Shown here piece by piece: positions 25,068 to 38,031 of a stretch of 64,000 nt of DNA. Every line of letters starts with the position of its first letter. Positions within the stretch are counted from its first letter, which is position 1. Below the pieces are notes generated by a model. That model saw only the letters and a program-made list of their open reading frames with translations, had not been told where the DNA came from and searched no databases. The stretch comes from Eledone cirrhosa (Eukaryota), in NCBI GenBank assembly GCA_964016885.1, contig OZ024740.1:316324001-316388000 (forward strand), read 5' to 3'. The position numbers were made by a program, and so were the translations under genes.

Positions 25068-25201
25068 CCCTGAACGATCATTTATTTAAACTACGCTGTC
25101 AATCCCATGGTCCAACAACTACTAAATAGCTTGCCGCATGGTCAGGAGTTCAGTTTCACTGCTTACCATAGGCGTTATTTCCCCATACACATTCATGAGA
25201 G

Positions 25202-26172
25202 CAAGGCCGGATTTAATGGGGTGGTGGTGCAAAGAGGGCAATTGGACCGAGCCCCCTGTAGTGGGGGTGGGGGGCACCAGTGATGGCCGTAGCGATTTAT
25301 TTCTGCTCTCAGCTGGGCTTTTTAGTTTTAGGATGGTTGGAATTTTGGCATAGGTTAAGAATAACGTCCGCGAAAATGAAAGTGAATTTTCTGACAAGTG
25401 AATGTGTTTTTTTTTTTTTTTACAATGTAAGTTACGATACACTGTTTGTTTATTTACAACAGGTCTCTATAGTGATATGGTGTTAATTAGTATTGCGTGT
25501 GTGATTATTTTCTCATATATATGTGTGTGGGTGTGTATATGTGTGTATATATATGTGTGTCTGTATGTATATATATATGTGTGTTTGTATATATATATGT
25601 GTTTGTGTCATCATCATCGTTTAGATGTTTTTACCCAAATCCCTTATCATTCTCTGTCCTTCTTATGACCCGGCCTTAATTTGTTTATAGTTGGTGCCAA
25701 CTTTGGTGTTACAAAAACATCTAAACGATGATGATGACACAAACACATATATATATATACAAACACACATATATATATACATACAGACACACATATATAT
25801 ACACACATATACACACCCACACATATATATATAAGAGAAAATAATCACACACGCAATACTAATTAACACCATATCACTATAGAGACCTGTTGTAAATAAA
25901 CAAATAGTGTATCGTAACTTTCATTGTAAAAAAAAACAAAAAACATTCACTTGTCAGAAAATTCACTTTCATTTTCGCGGACGTTATTCTTAACCTATGC
26001 CGGAATTTTTTTAATTTAATACCTGTATTATTTAATTCCAATTACTTGTGCCGAGCTAACTTTGATATGTAAAATTGGGGGGTTTGCTGTGTATTCTAAT
26101 ATTTTGTGTATGAGCCCCCACCCCAAAAGACCTGAAGTGCCCCCGGCCCCTCAAAGTCTAAATCCATCACTG
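25202..26172. mobile_element. hAT-like non-autonomous element containing a ~285-bp internal inverted repeat
   Basis: Ends caaggccggattta / taaatccatcactg; 8-bp TSD catgagag / catgtgag; arms 25347-25632 and 25713-26001. Confidence 0.7.
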
Positions 26173-26899
26173 CATGTGAGGCAGCTTCTTCATATACATC
26201 CCACATGTTTAGTGAAGCAATCACCCCCGCCTCATCAAACTATCTACTTATTATATTTCACAAGTAGAAACAATTATATTTAAATTGCGGATTATTCCGA
26301 CTTTTATGTTTTGGACATCAAGCATTAAAAATCTACAAATAAAAATTTAAATAACTATAAAATATTTCTATTTTTATCAGAACTGATTAGAATTAAAGTA
26401 TTTAACAGCTGCAGTACATTTCTTTTTTGTACAATTATTATATAATCAGCATATAAACACAATTTATATAATAATAATTTAAAAAAACGAAATAAAAGAC
26501 CGAAAACATCCGCACACTCACACACCACAACAAGGAACACTGGAGTGTCTCCAATCATTTTAGAGGCTTCTTTTGATACACACACACCACCACCACCGGC
26601 CAGTAGGACCCTGTGCTTAAGCACACCTAAGCACAATGGTAAATGTTGTGGGGGTGATATATTACGTTTATATTTGAAATTTATAAATATGCTTTGTTTA
26701 TATGAACATAATTTATAAATGAAACAAATCGATACAAATTATATCTTAAGAATGGTCATTTGGTACTCGGTAAGGGTAATTAGACTCATACCAAAGTAAA
26801 GATGATCATCTTCTGAGTATCGAACATCACTTGGTATCGACATCTCCCAGATGGACATCAATACGAGAAACGATAGTTAAACTTGGGCGGATGGTTGGT

Positions 26900-27020
26900 C
26901 TACTCCTTCTCGAGCCATGGCTTAAAAATGTTGACTGAGGGTGCGTCTTGTTTGAGGTTGTTCCAGTGGTTGATCGCATGTGTAGAAAAGAAGTGGTTTC
27001 TAGGACTTGGTTGGTGTTGC
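26900..27020 (-). mobile_element. CR1/L2-like LINE C-terminal relic
   Basis: RNHFFSTHAINHWNNL..SVNIFK motif. Confidence 0.55.
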
Positions 27021-27697
27021 ATCAAGAAAGAGAAAATAATAGAAAACCTGCACACTCCCTCAGTTATACACAACATACACAAAAGAATGCTGTTGTTGCT
27101 CTCAACAAATATTTGAAGCAACCCAAAACCCAGCATTGTATAACCAAGCACCTTCACGAACATCACATTTTGTAAGACGAGCCACCAACGATACCAGAAA
27201 CTCTTTGTCAGTGACCCAGCTTTCACAAAGCATGTCGAATTTATTTTGTTCGTATTAAAAATTACATTTTCATCCTTAATAAAATGAAAATAAAACAACA
27301 GCATTTTGAATTTTCAGAAAACATATTTTCAAATGCCAACAAAATATACAAAAAAAGTACAAACCTTAATCAGTTTCTCAGTAAAGAAAAAAAAAAAGGA
27401 ATTAATTTTTTTTTAATGAAAAAACAAAGGAAAATCTTTCTTTTTTATTAAAAAATATCCGGATTATATATTTGTTGCTCAAAAAAATTCCTAAGACGGT
27501 GTCTTTAATTTTTAAGGCATAAAAAAGACGTTAAAAAGGTTGTTTTTTAAATCTCCGATTAAACAATTATTTTAAGATATATACGATGATAAATCTTCGA
27601 GTTCTATTAAGTATTCAATTGTCTACATTAGTGCTATAAGATGCGCTACTGATCATGAGCAAAGTAGACAGTTACGGCATAATCAACTTTATACAGC

Positions 27698-29131
27698 ACT
27701 AGCAGTAAAGCCCGGCGTTGCTCGGGGTCGCTCAGTAGCTGTGTTAAAGTTACAATGTTAAGTTTCTTTTTTGGCTTAAAAACTGTAGTGTCTACTGTGC
27801 AGACTTGCATGTGGTGTTTTTGATTAATATTCCCTCAACCAACAATATGCCTTATGAAGTTAAGAAAACATAACGATAACCCGAATGTTATAACAAAAGA
27901 GGATGCTGGGGATAAAAACTGCACTGGTTATTTATTAACAAAGATCGAAAATGTAAACACTGCAACGCAGAGAAAAACATTAGCGTAACCAAATTATCAG
28001 TTATGTCTGTCTGCACGCCTATACCACCTCTCTGCACGACTGTCTGTCTGCACGCCTATATCACCTCTCTGCACGACTGTCTGCACGCGTATATCACCTC
28101 TCTGCACGACTATCTGTCTGCACGACTGTCTGTCTGCACGCCTAACGACGAAATATTTGCTTGTTTTACGTAGTCTTTAAATAGACTTGTTTTCAAATAA
28201 AAATATTGTTTTAAAATGCTTTTAAATGGAAATGAAGCAAAACGGAAGCTTAGTGTTCGAACTGATGAATTTTGCAGGTCAATAAAAGTTACAATGTTAA
28301 GTTTCTTTCTTGGCTTAAAAACTGTAGTGTCTACTGTGCAGACTTGCATGTGGTGTTTTTGATTAATATTCCCTCAACCAACAATATGCCTTATGAAGTT
28401 AAGAAAACATAACGATAACCCGAATGTTATAACAAAAGAGGATGCTGGGGATAAAAACTGCACTGGTTATTTATTAACAAAGATCGAAAATGTAAACACT
28501 GCAACGCAGAGAAAAACATTAGCGTAACCAAATTATCAGTTATGTCTGTCTGCACGCCTATATCACCTCTCTGCACGACTGTCTGTCTGCACGCCTATAT
28601 CACCTCTCTGTACGACTGTCTGTCTGCACGCCTATATCACCTCTCTGCACGACTATCTGTCTGCACGCGTATATCACCTCTCTGCACGACTGTCTGTCTG
28701 AACGACTGTCTGTCTGCACGCCTAACGACGAAATATTTGCTTGTTTTACGTAGTCTTTAAATAGACTTGTTTTCAAGTAAAAATATTGTTTTAAAATGCT
28801 TTTAAATGGAAATGAAGCAAAACTGTTCGTGTATTGTGTTAATGTCATTTTTAAACGCTGAGAAAGCCAGCGTAATTTTTTACGTAAGACGCTCAATGTA
28901 AACAGAACAAAGGGAAATAACTGATAACTTACGCTCAAAAATCGATACATTATATTCGATTTCGTCACATAGGGTGGGTCAATTTGAAATTTTTTTTTTC
29001 CGATGTCTTCGCTAGGGCTCAATGTACAAGTATAGCAATTTCGGTGCAATTCCGTGAGAGATTCTAAGAGGAGATGTGTGCCAAAAATCGATAGACAGAC
29101 AGACAACCACAGTTTTATATATATAGAAGAT
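27698..29131 (+). mobile_element. HINE/DINE-like element with 539-bp internal tandem duplication and GTCT-type minisatellite
   Basis: actagc..gcccggcgttgctcggg start; repeat units begin at 27749 and 28288; ctgcacgactgtctgt repeats; tttatatatatagaagat end. Confidence 0.75.
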
Positions 29132-29314
29132 TAAGGTTTTGTGTTTTAATTCGTCTGATTTTCATTTTTGCGTGACCGTACATGTGTTTCTGTTTTAAAA
29201 AGAGGGTTTTACATATGCATGAACCCTCTTTTCGAAAGTGGGTGAAAGTGTGAAGTTGTGATATTAATATTTTCCCCAAAGAACATTAGCACTGTAAAGA
29301 AAGTAATTTTAACT

Positions 29315-29577
29315 AAAAGTTCATAGGCTGACCGAGATTTTTCAACATAGTCCCTGGAAAGAAACAATGCAGTTATTAATAAGAAAAGTTGAAATTATTG
29401 CATGCAAGATTTCACAGCTCTAGCATCAAGGCTGATTATAAAGAAGTGGTGCTAGAGCTGTGAAATCTTGCATGCAAGCATTGTTGCTTTCCAGGGACTA
29501 TGTTGAAAAATAAACCTCTTTTGGTTATTCCATGAGAATATTTTGTTCAGCCTATGAACTTTTCAGGCGAGCCTCAT
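29315..29577. mobile_element. Tc1/mariner-like MITE
   Basis: aaaagttcataggctgac ... cagcctatgaacttttcag TIRs. Confidence 0.65.
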
Positions 29578-30217
29578 ATGTCTGTTCGATCAGAATTGAC
29601 CAGGAATAAAGCAACAATTCATTGTCTTTTTATATGTTTGTATGTCAGAAGCGAAAGCATACTGTCCTTGGTGATTCTCGTGGAGAAGTGTGGAAAATTG
29701 GTAACAATATTTTGATAGATTTATTTATTTACATACATACAAAATATATGACTGGTATCAATTTTGTTGTTGTTGTTATCATTATTATTTAATCCATTTA
29801 GCATCGTTTCCACAGCAAATATCAAGTACCTTACAGAGTGTACTGAGTGCATTTTATTTTGTGACACCCACATTAACACTTTACAGAGTGTACTGGGTGC
29901 ATTTCGTTTTTCTTGGCACCCACACTAACACTCAACAGGGTGTACTGGGTGCGTTTTTTATATGGTACCAACACTCATATTTTACATGATGTATGGGTGT
30001 ATTTTATCATGGCACTAACACTTTACAGGCAGTTTTAGACAGGTTGGTATTGAAAGGGTTAAGCTAGATGCTGAATTAAGTTTACTGGCTAAGAATAATA
30101 ATGATCCCTCAGATGAACTTCCACCTAGTTTCTGTCAACCAAATTTCATTCATGGGGCTTTGGTTGACTCCAAGTTATGGTAGATGACAATATCCAAGGT
30201 GCATTGATATTTTAATC

Positions 30218-30419
30218 TTAATCCTTTAGCATTTGCATTACTCTATATTTACTATTGTATTTCCGTAGTACATAATATTGAATCTATGAGATCTTGATAT
30301 TGTTTATTTTGACAAAAATACCTTAACATCGGTATGAGTGGCCAGTTACAGATGGTTTGAACAGAAAGAAGTGAGAAAGTTCCGACCGGATAAGGCCAGT
30401 TTAAATGCTAAAGAGTTAA
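30218..30419. mobile_element. piggyBac-like MITE
   Basis: TTAA-tcctttagcattt ... aaatgctaaagag-TTAA. Confidence 0.75.
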
Positions 30420-30429
30420 TACCCAAGGG

Positions 30430-30648
30430 CCGGTAGAGTGTCTAAGTTGTTAGAGCATTGGAAAAATGCTTAACAGCATTTGTTCCGGCCTTTTACGTAT
30501 TGAGTTCAAATCCTGCTGAGGTCTGCCTTGCCTTTCATCCTTATGGGGTCGATAAAATAAAGTACCAGTAATGCTCTGGGTTTGATTTAATCAATTTTCC
30601 CCTTCCCTTCAAATTGCTGGCCTTGTGTCAACACATAGAAACAACTAT
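30430..30648 (+). mobile_element. SINE, Meta-domain-like family (diverged)
   Basis: gagttcaaatcc..gcctttcatcc..gtcgataaaataaagtaccag. Confidence 0.75.
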
Positions 30649-31054
30649 CAAATAACCTTTTAAAAAATCTCTTTTCACAGGTTCTCAGCCAGTAGAATGT
30701 GCTCATGCTGTGTCACTGTCTTCAAAATCTGCATAGTTAATAATATTTGGTTTTGTTTATGATTTCTTTTTTTTTTGGGGGGGGGGGGGGGGGATAATTG
30801 GTGTCTATGTAAAGAACTTCATAAAAACTCTCTATAAGTCAATGACATTCAATTTAAAGAAATGTATTCAGCATCCAGGCTATGCCAGATTCCAGTGCTA
30901 CAATAAAATTGTCCCAGTTAACAATGTAAAATGGTAGTGCTAGTGCCACAGTAAAAACACCCAGTCCATCCTCTAAGGCGGTAGTGCATTTGCTAATGCC
31001 CAAGAAACACTATATGTCCCTAGAGTGCTCCTATGACTCCATCAGGAGTTATGC

Positions 31055-31131
<77 letters not shown>

Positions 31132-31186
31132 TAACAGATTAAAGTTTAAGCAAAGAATCGCTGCTTTCACCCTTAAGGGGATCTTC

Positions 31187-34100
31187 TGAAACTAAAAAGG
31201 TCATTCTGTGAACGCAGAAGTAAATATTTCAAAAAAGGTTGCAACCGAAAGAAGACAGGAAGAGGATACTTTGGTTCGTGGAAACGTTCCCTGGCAAAGA
31301 TCGAAAAAAACGAAGATAATACATCATTATTAGGTGCGGTGAAAACAATTACGCGCAAAGACAAAACCACGTTTATGGTATAAATGAAGTCGTAGACTAA
31401 TATTCTATTAAGTGGTTCATGGAGACGTTCTCAGGCACCTATAATAACCCTCCGAGCAACCCAGCATTGCTACCCTCCGAAAATGATGTCTTGGAACTCA
31501 TACGGAGTATCAAATTTCGGAATAGGAGCAATTCCTTCCAGCAGGACCTGAAGAATAGAATTCGTTCTATTAAGGATTCTAATGCCGTGCACCTCCACTC
31601 CGACAAAACTGGCAATCTATATCAAGTGGAGCGCAGTACTTACCATCAACTGCTACATAATGCTGTAATTAAGGATTACTGTAAAACTAAGCGGAACGTC
31701 ATTAATAAAATCAACGATGCTGGATTTAAAATCACCTCTGATCTCAACATCCTGGACCGGACTGAACCTCGGGACCCTATTTCTCCCCACTTTACCCTGA
31801 AGGATCACAAATCCAATTTCCCGAACAACCCCTCTATTCGGCTTATTAACCCTACGAAGTCAGATTTAGGTAGACTTAGTAAAAGGATTTTAGATAGAAT
31901 TATACCTGAAATTAGAAGTTTGGCCCCTGTTGCACTGTGGAACAATTCTTTCGCGGTGATTGATTGGTTCAACGGCATATGCAACAAGGAACATTGCCGT
32001 TTTATCCAATTCGACATCAATAATTACTACTCCTCCATCGCTTTACCACTTCTTGTTAGAGTTATCAATTTCGCTAAAACACTCACAGTGGTTAATTATC
32101 TCTAAGTTGATGTCATCCTCAATGCCCGTAAGTCGGTGATTAATTTCGACGACTCTATTTGGATTAAAAAATCTAATAGTACCCCATTCGACGTGTGTAT
32201 GGGCGCCAGCGATTCTGCGGAGGTTACTGATCTTATCGGCCTTTTCCTTCTTTTCTCTATCAAGGAAGAATTCCCCAACGCGGGTGGTGGTTTGTACCGT
32301 GATGACGGTCTTTTGACCATGACAAAGTGCGGCCCACATGCTTGCGACAGGTTCAGAAAAGAACTCACAGCCTTCTTTAAAGGCTTCAACCTCTCCATAC
32401 AGGTTGAGGCCAACCTCTCGGTCGTTAATTACCTCGACGTTACCCTCAATTTGTCGAATGGCTTGCACTACCCGTATAGAAAGCCGAATGATACGCTTAA
32501 TTATATAAGTAAGCATTCTAACCATCCTGCCAGCATAACCAAGAACCTGGTAAGAAACGTTTCTTTGAGGCTTTCCCGTCTATCTACAAACGAGCATATT
32601 TTCAACGATCATTCCACATATTACAATGAAGCTCTTACTCGGAGTGGATTTGTCGATAAGGTAGCATATACAGAATAGACCAAGGAAAAATAGATCCCGA
32701 CGCATTATATGGTATAACCCACCATATAATATGGAGGTGGCCACACCATTAGCTAAGATCTTTCTCTCCCTTGTTATGAAGCATTTCCCCCCAGCACAAA
32801 AATATAGTAAAATTTTTAATAGAAATACCATTAAAATTTCTTACTCTACGACTCCTAACCTTGCACATAACATCACAGCTTCAAATTTAGCTAAATTGCG
32901 TAGCCGTAAGAACACGTGCAACCCTGTAGCTAGTACTAACTGTAATTGTAGGAATCGGGTTGACTACCCCCTATCCGGGAAATGCCTCTCTAGTAACATT
33001 GTTTACAAATGTAAGGTTAAAACACCCACGCCCCGTAGAGCCTACATAGGGTTAACCGCCACTAGATTCAAGCAGCGTCTTTACATGCATACCCATTCTT
33101 TTCTTAACCCTTTAAGAAGGAATATGACGTCACTTTCAGCTTACATCTGGAGTCTAAAGGACAACCACACCCAATATAAGTTACACTGGAAGATCCTAGG
33201 TAAGGCTAGATCGTATAACGGAAATAAAAGACCATGTGACCTCTATGCCGCTGAGGCCCTGGAAATACTCTACGCCAAAGACCACATCTTAAACAAAAAA
33301 TCTGAGGCAATTTCGGCTTGTAAACATAAATTGCACAAAACTTTCCTGTATTATAGCCCCACGTTATACCCTAACGGATAGTACGAACTATACGTGGATA
33401 TTTTACGTCTTGATGTGGTAGCTAAGTATATGTTATGTTTATACCATTACTTATTTGTATAGGTAAGTATATATTACCTGTATGTTTTGTGAAGGTACGT
33501 ATACTTTCTCGTACGTATATTTGCTTGTTTATGTTATGGCGTATATTATATATACTGGTACATGTGCATATGGTTATGTGAGTTTGCGTCTGTGTGAGTA
33601 TGCGGGTTCGTTCGTATGTAGGGTGTGTGTATATGTGTACTTTGTGTTTTGGTTGACGTACGTCTGCGAACATATGTGTATTTACATGTAGGTGTGTGTG
33701 TGCGCGCGTTATATACGTATTTATGTGTGTATATTTATATACGTTTACTTACTTATGTGTATACACGCACACACACGCACATATATGTATATATATAATT
33801 TTATATTTTTTGTGTATTTGGTGTATACGTTCGTATGTGTGCGGGTACGGGCGTTGCGTGGGTTCTGTACGTGCGTGAGTGTTTTTTTGTGTACGTGCCT
33901 GTATTTGCATACCCATGGCGAGTGTTTTCGCGTATGCTTGTGTATGTACGTATTTGGATACGTGTATGTATATATTTAATTTCAATTACCTCTGTATTTT
34001 ATTTACTTTATTCTTAACTCTGAAGCCGAGAATCACTCGGTTTCCTATATAGAATTTTAGTCTACGACTTCAGTTATACCATTTACGGGGTTTGTCTTTC

Positions 34101-34243
34101 CGTGTAATTGTTCACACCGATCCACATAATGACGTTATGGGAACATTTCCACGAACCAAAGTATCATCTTCCTGTCTTCCTTCGGTTGCAACCTTTTTTG
34201 AAATATTTACTTCTGCGTTCACAGATTGACTTTTTTAGTTTCA
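31187..34243 (+). mobile_element. Penelope-like element PLE-2 (YRDD RT + GIY-YIG), 5'-truncated, with stops, inverted 5' tail
   Basis: ORFs 31419-33381: SDKTGN, QFDINNYY, MGASDSAEV, GGLYRDD, CNCx5(Y)PL, IVY..YIG; 31187-31437 is an inverted copy of the 3' end. Confidence 0.92.
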
Positions 34244-34249
34244 AAATAT

Positions 34250-34975
34250 GAATATTTCAAAAAACGTTGCAACCGAAGGAAGACAGGAAGACGATACTTT
34301 GGTTCGTGGAAACGTTCCCTGGCAAAGAAACGGGAAAAACCGAATATAATACGTCATTATTTGGACCGGTGAAAAAAAATGATACGCAAAGACAAAACCA
34401 CGTTTATGGTATAAAAGAAGTCGTGCACTAATATTCTATTAGGTGGTTCATAGAGACGTTCTCAGGCAATGAACGGAAAAAACGAAGATAATACGTCATA
34501 TATGAAGCGGAGAGAAGAATTGCACGCAAAGACAAAACCACGTAAATGGTATAACTGAAGTCGTAGACTAAAATTCTAACTCCGAAACCGAATGATTCTC
34601 GGCTTCAGAGTTAAGAATAAAGTAAGTAAAATACAGAGGTAATTGAGATAAATAAATACATACACGCATATGTGTGTGCGCTTGTTATATACGTATTTAT
34701 TTATTTATATACGTTTATTTAATTATATGTATACACGCACATACACACAAACACACACACGCACATATATATATATATATATATTTTTTTTTTATGTGTA
34801 TTTGGTGTATACATTCGTATGCGTGCGGGTACATGCGTTGCGTGGGTTCTGTATGCGCGTACGAGTTTTTTTCTTCTGTGTACGTGCGTGTCTTTGTATA
34901 GCTATGGCGAGTTTTTTGCGTATGCTTGTGTATGTACGTATATGGATGCGTGTATGTATTTATTTATCTCAATAA
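34250..34975. mobile_element. Second, inverted-plus-direct copy of the PLE-2 3' UTR
   Basis: 34250-34670 is an inverted copy of the PLE-2 3' end; ~34670-34975 is a direct copy of ~33690-33990. Confidence 0.75.
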
Positions 34976-35067
34976 CTGATATAATTTGCTTTGGTGTCCT
35001 TGAAATATGTATAATGAAATAAATATGGTTTTATAAATATACTTTCCATTTGTTAACATATATATAA

Positions 35068-35256
35068 GGGCGATGGATTGGCAGTATCGGTAGACAGTCG
35101 GACGCCATGCTTTGAAGCATAGAGTTACGTCCCTTTATGATCTGAGTTCAAATCCCGCCGAGGTTAACTTTGCCTTTCATCCTTACGGGGTCGATAAAAT
35201 AAAGTACCAGTAATGTACTGGGTATTTGCTGGCCTTGTGCCTAAAATAGAAACAAT

Positions 35257-35260
<4 letters not shown>
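35068..35260 (+). mobile_element. SINE, Meta-domain-like family
   Basis: Full-length copy ending in (TA)n. Confidence 0.88.
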
Positions 35261-35284
<24 letters not shown>

Positions 35285-35288
<4 letters not shown>

Positions 35289-36654
35289 ATCCTTGAATGG
35301 TTTATTATACTATGATCATTTCAAAGACCGGGTTCCATATGAATCCGGTGATATTGGAATATAACAAAGGAATATGTAAAAAGCCATGGGTCCAAGAAAC
35401 CAGAGACAGAGAGGGCGGCTGACCAACTAGCTTCACAGCCAGCCATCCTCAAAGTGTTGGCAACCGAAAACTACCAGTGAATATCTGGTCAAAGAAGAAG
35501 GAGAGGAAAGAAAAGAAAGGGAGAAAGAAGTGTAGTGTAAGGGTCAAACTACATTCATGTTAGAAAATGCCGCGAAAAAAATGCTACCCAAAGAATCTAT
35601 AGTGGGTGTCTGTATGGTCTAATGTGTGAACCGAAGATTGGAACGCTAAACTTATGTTGCGAGTTATAGGATGAAATAAATTAAATTAAAAATATTATAT
35701 TGCAAAATGGTAAATTGAAAAATAGAGGTAGCGAGATATATTTATTTAACGAACTTACGAAAACATTTTTTTTTAATTAACTCGATAAGATATTAGGATG
35801 GGATATAGAGTAAAGATTTCGATTGGGAGTCCCAGCCAGCACACCCACCACCATGAGTCAGCCAGTCTCGAGTGGTATCGTTTAGCGAAAGAAATGGAAA
35901 TTAATTTTTCCGAGTACTCTAGAAACGTAGCCCCAGGATCGCTAGCGGGAACCCCACAATTTCGACAGGCCATCGTCTATACCACGAATACTATTAAATC
36001 ACACATTAGGGGTTTATTTACATGTCAATAGAGGCATGATACAGCTAATAGTTGTGCCCAAACCTGGAGTTTGTAGATACAGGTACAATTAGGCGGCCAA
36101 AACACGCGGCGCGGTGAGACTGGGACAGAGCAAACCACTCCGAGTAATTTCATTTACCGCAAGAGGAGAAATTTATTTTTCCGAGCACTCAAGGAAGGTT
36201 GAACTTTCCGAGTGCCCAGCGCGCAGCCGGGAAAAAGCCACCACACAAGTCAAACAATGAAAAGTGCAAATAGATCAAAATTATTTTAAATTATTCTAGC
36301 GATCCCGCATTTTTTTCGCGGCATTTTCTAACATGAATGTAGTTTGACCCTTACACTACACTTCTTTCTCCCTTTCTTTTCTTTCTTTCCCTTCTTCTTT
36401 GACGGAGTGGTGGTAGTACATGATAGGCCTGCGCCCCCTTACCAGATATTCACTGGTAGTTTTCGGTTGCCAACACTTTGAGGGTGGCTGGCTGTGAAGC
36501 TAGTTGGTCAGCCGCTCTCTCTGTCTCTGGTTTCTCGGACCCATGGCTTTTTACATATTCCTTTGTTATATTCCAATACCTGATGATATCACCGGATTCA
36601 TATGGAACCCGGTCATTGTAATGATCATAGTATAATAAACCTTTCAAGGATTTA
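35285..36654 (+). mobile_element. Non-coding pLTR-like element with ~300-bp inverted 5' tail and damaged HHR
   Basis: 35285-35582 is an inverted copy of 36310-36654; flanked by (TA)n; HHR plus AATAAA at the 3' end. Confidence 0.65.
36576..36633 (+). ncRNA. Minimal type I HHR (GAAA mutated to GTAA in this copy)
   Basis: atac-CTGATGA-..accgg..ccggt..-GTAA-tgatca-TA-gtat-AATAAA; the inverted copy keeps GAAA but has lost CTGATGA. Confidence 0.6.
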
Positions 36655-36827
36655 CACCAGTCCAGCCTCCTGTTATTTCATATATAATTAACTCCGTATT
36701 CGCACCACCAACTACACAAACGAAGATGGGTGAACTGCACTGCGTTGAGTACTCTTCACAATATTACACCAGGATTGACCATACGGAATGACCAGTTCTA
36801 TCCAGTGGTGAACCAACAAACCTTAAA

Positions 36828-36887
<60 letters not shown>

Positions 36888-36956
36888 TATGAAGAGAGAA
36901 GAAACATTTAGATATAATTAGTAATAAAATGTATCATACCTAAACCGTTCCTAAAT

Positions 36957-37044
36957 TCCTCGACTACGTAGTTTCGTGGCATAAACAAAAACAGTATATC
37001 AAAGATATAGAGTCCTTGCGAGGTCTGCCGACTTATCAAGAGGA
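36957..37044 (-). ncRNA. Type I HHR, U3-A8 core, expanded stem II
   Basis: tcctc-TTGATAA-gt(c)ggca..tgccac-GAAA-ctacgtag-TC-gagga. Confidence 0.8.
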
Positions 37045-37547
37045 TACCTCATTTTACTAGTCTCAAGAACGCGTCTACATGACGTGAGAAAGAATCCCAA
37101 AAGGCGGAGGGGGAGATAGTCACGCGATATAACGGTCGAGAAACAGAGCTAAGCCTCTTATAACCACGAAGAAAATACCACGGAGGCGGAGGGGGTATTC
37201 ATATCGAGGCCGTAGAAGAGGTAGTGAAGAAGGCGAGAAGTATGAGTAATGGAAGCTTTCCAGTTGTCCCCACACTTCAAAGATTGCTCGACCAGAGGGA
37301 GTTATTAATATATTTAGAAACACACAGATACATGCGGACACACACATATATACATGAATGCATCCGCACCCAACTGTGAGTTAAGGGTGCCAACTTCACC
37401 GATGTTGCTCAATGAATGACCGGGACAGACCAATTCAGTTTGAACCAGACTGAACCAGTATCAGAGTTAAAAATACATTATGAAGAGAGAAGAAACATTT
37501 AGATATAATTAGTAATAAAATGTATCATACCTAAACCGTTCCTAAAT

Positions 37548-37635
37548 TCCTCGACTACGTAGTTTCGTGGCATAAACAAAAACAGTATATCAAAGATATA
37601 GAGTCCTTGCGAGGTCTGCCGACTTATCAAGAGGA
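37548..37635 (-). ncRNA. Type I HHR, U3-A8 core, expanded stem II (second unit)
   Basis: Same sequence as 36957-37044, offset by 591 bp. Confidence 0.8.
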
Positions 37636-38031
37636 TACCTCATTTTACTAGTCTCAAGAACGCGTCTACATGACGTGAGAAAGAATCCCAAAAGGCGGAG
37701 GGGGAGATAGTCACGCGATATAATGGTCGAGAAACAGAGCTAAGCCTCTTATAACCACGAAGAAAATACCACGGAGGCGGAGGGGGTATTCATATCGAGG
37801 CCGTAGAAGAGGTAGTGAAGAAGGCGAGAAGTATGAGTAATGGAAGCTTTCCAGTTGTCCCCACACTTCAAAGATTGCTCGACCAGAGGGAGTTATTAAT
37901 ATATTTAGAAACACACAGATACATGCGGACACACACATATATACATGAATGCATCCGCACCCAACTGTGAGTTAAGGGTGCCAACTTCACCGATGTTGCT
38001 CAATGAATGACCGGGACAGACCAATATATAT

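Larger units (their letters stand above)
36882..38025 (-). mobile_element. Tandem ~1.9-mer of a 591-bp non-coding retrozyme-like unit (family B)
   Basis: Units start at 36882 and 37473 and are nearly identical; one HHR per unit; (TA)n on both sides. Confidence 0.85.

Noticed and set aside
28005-28730. Short regularly repeated units resembling a CRISPR array (also 63.8 kb)
   Set aside because: No unique spacers, no cas genes, eukaryotic context; these are minisatellites
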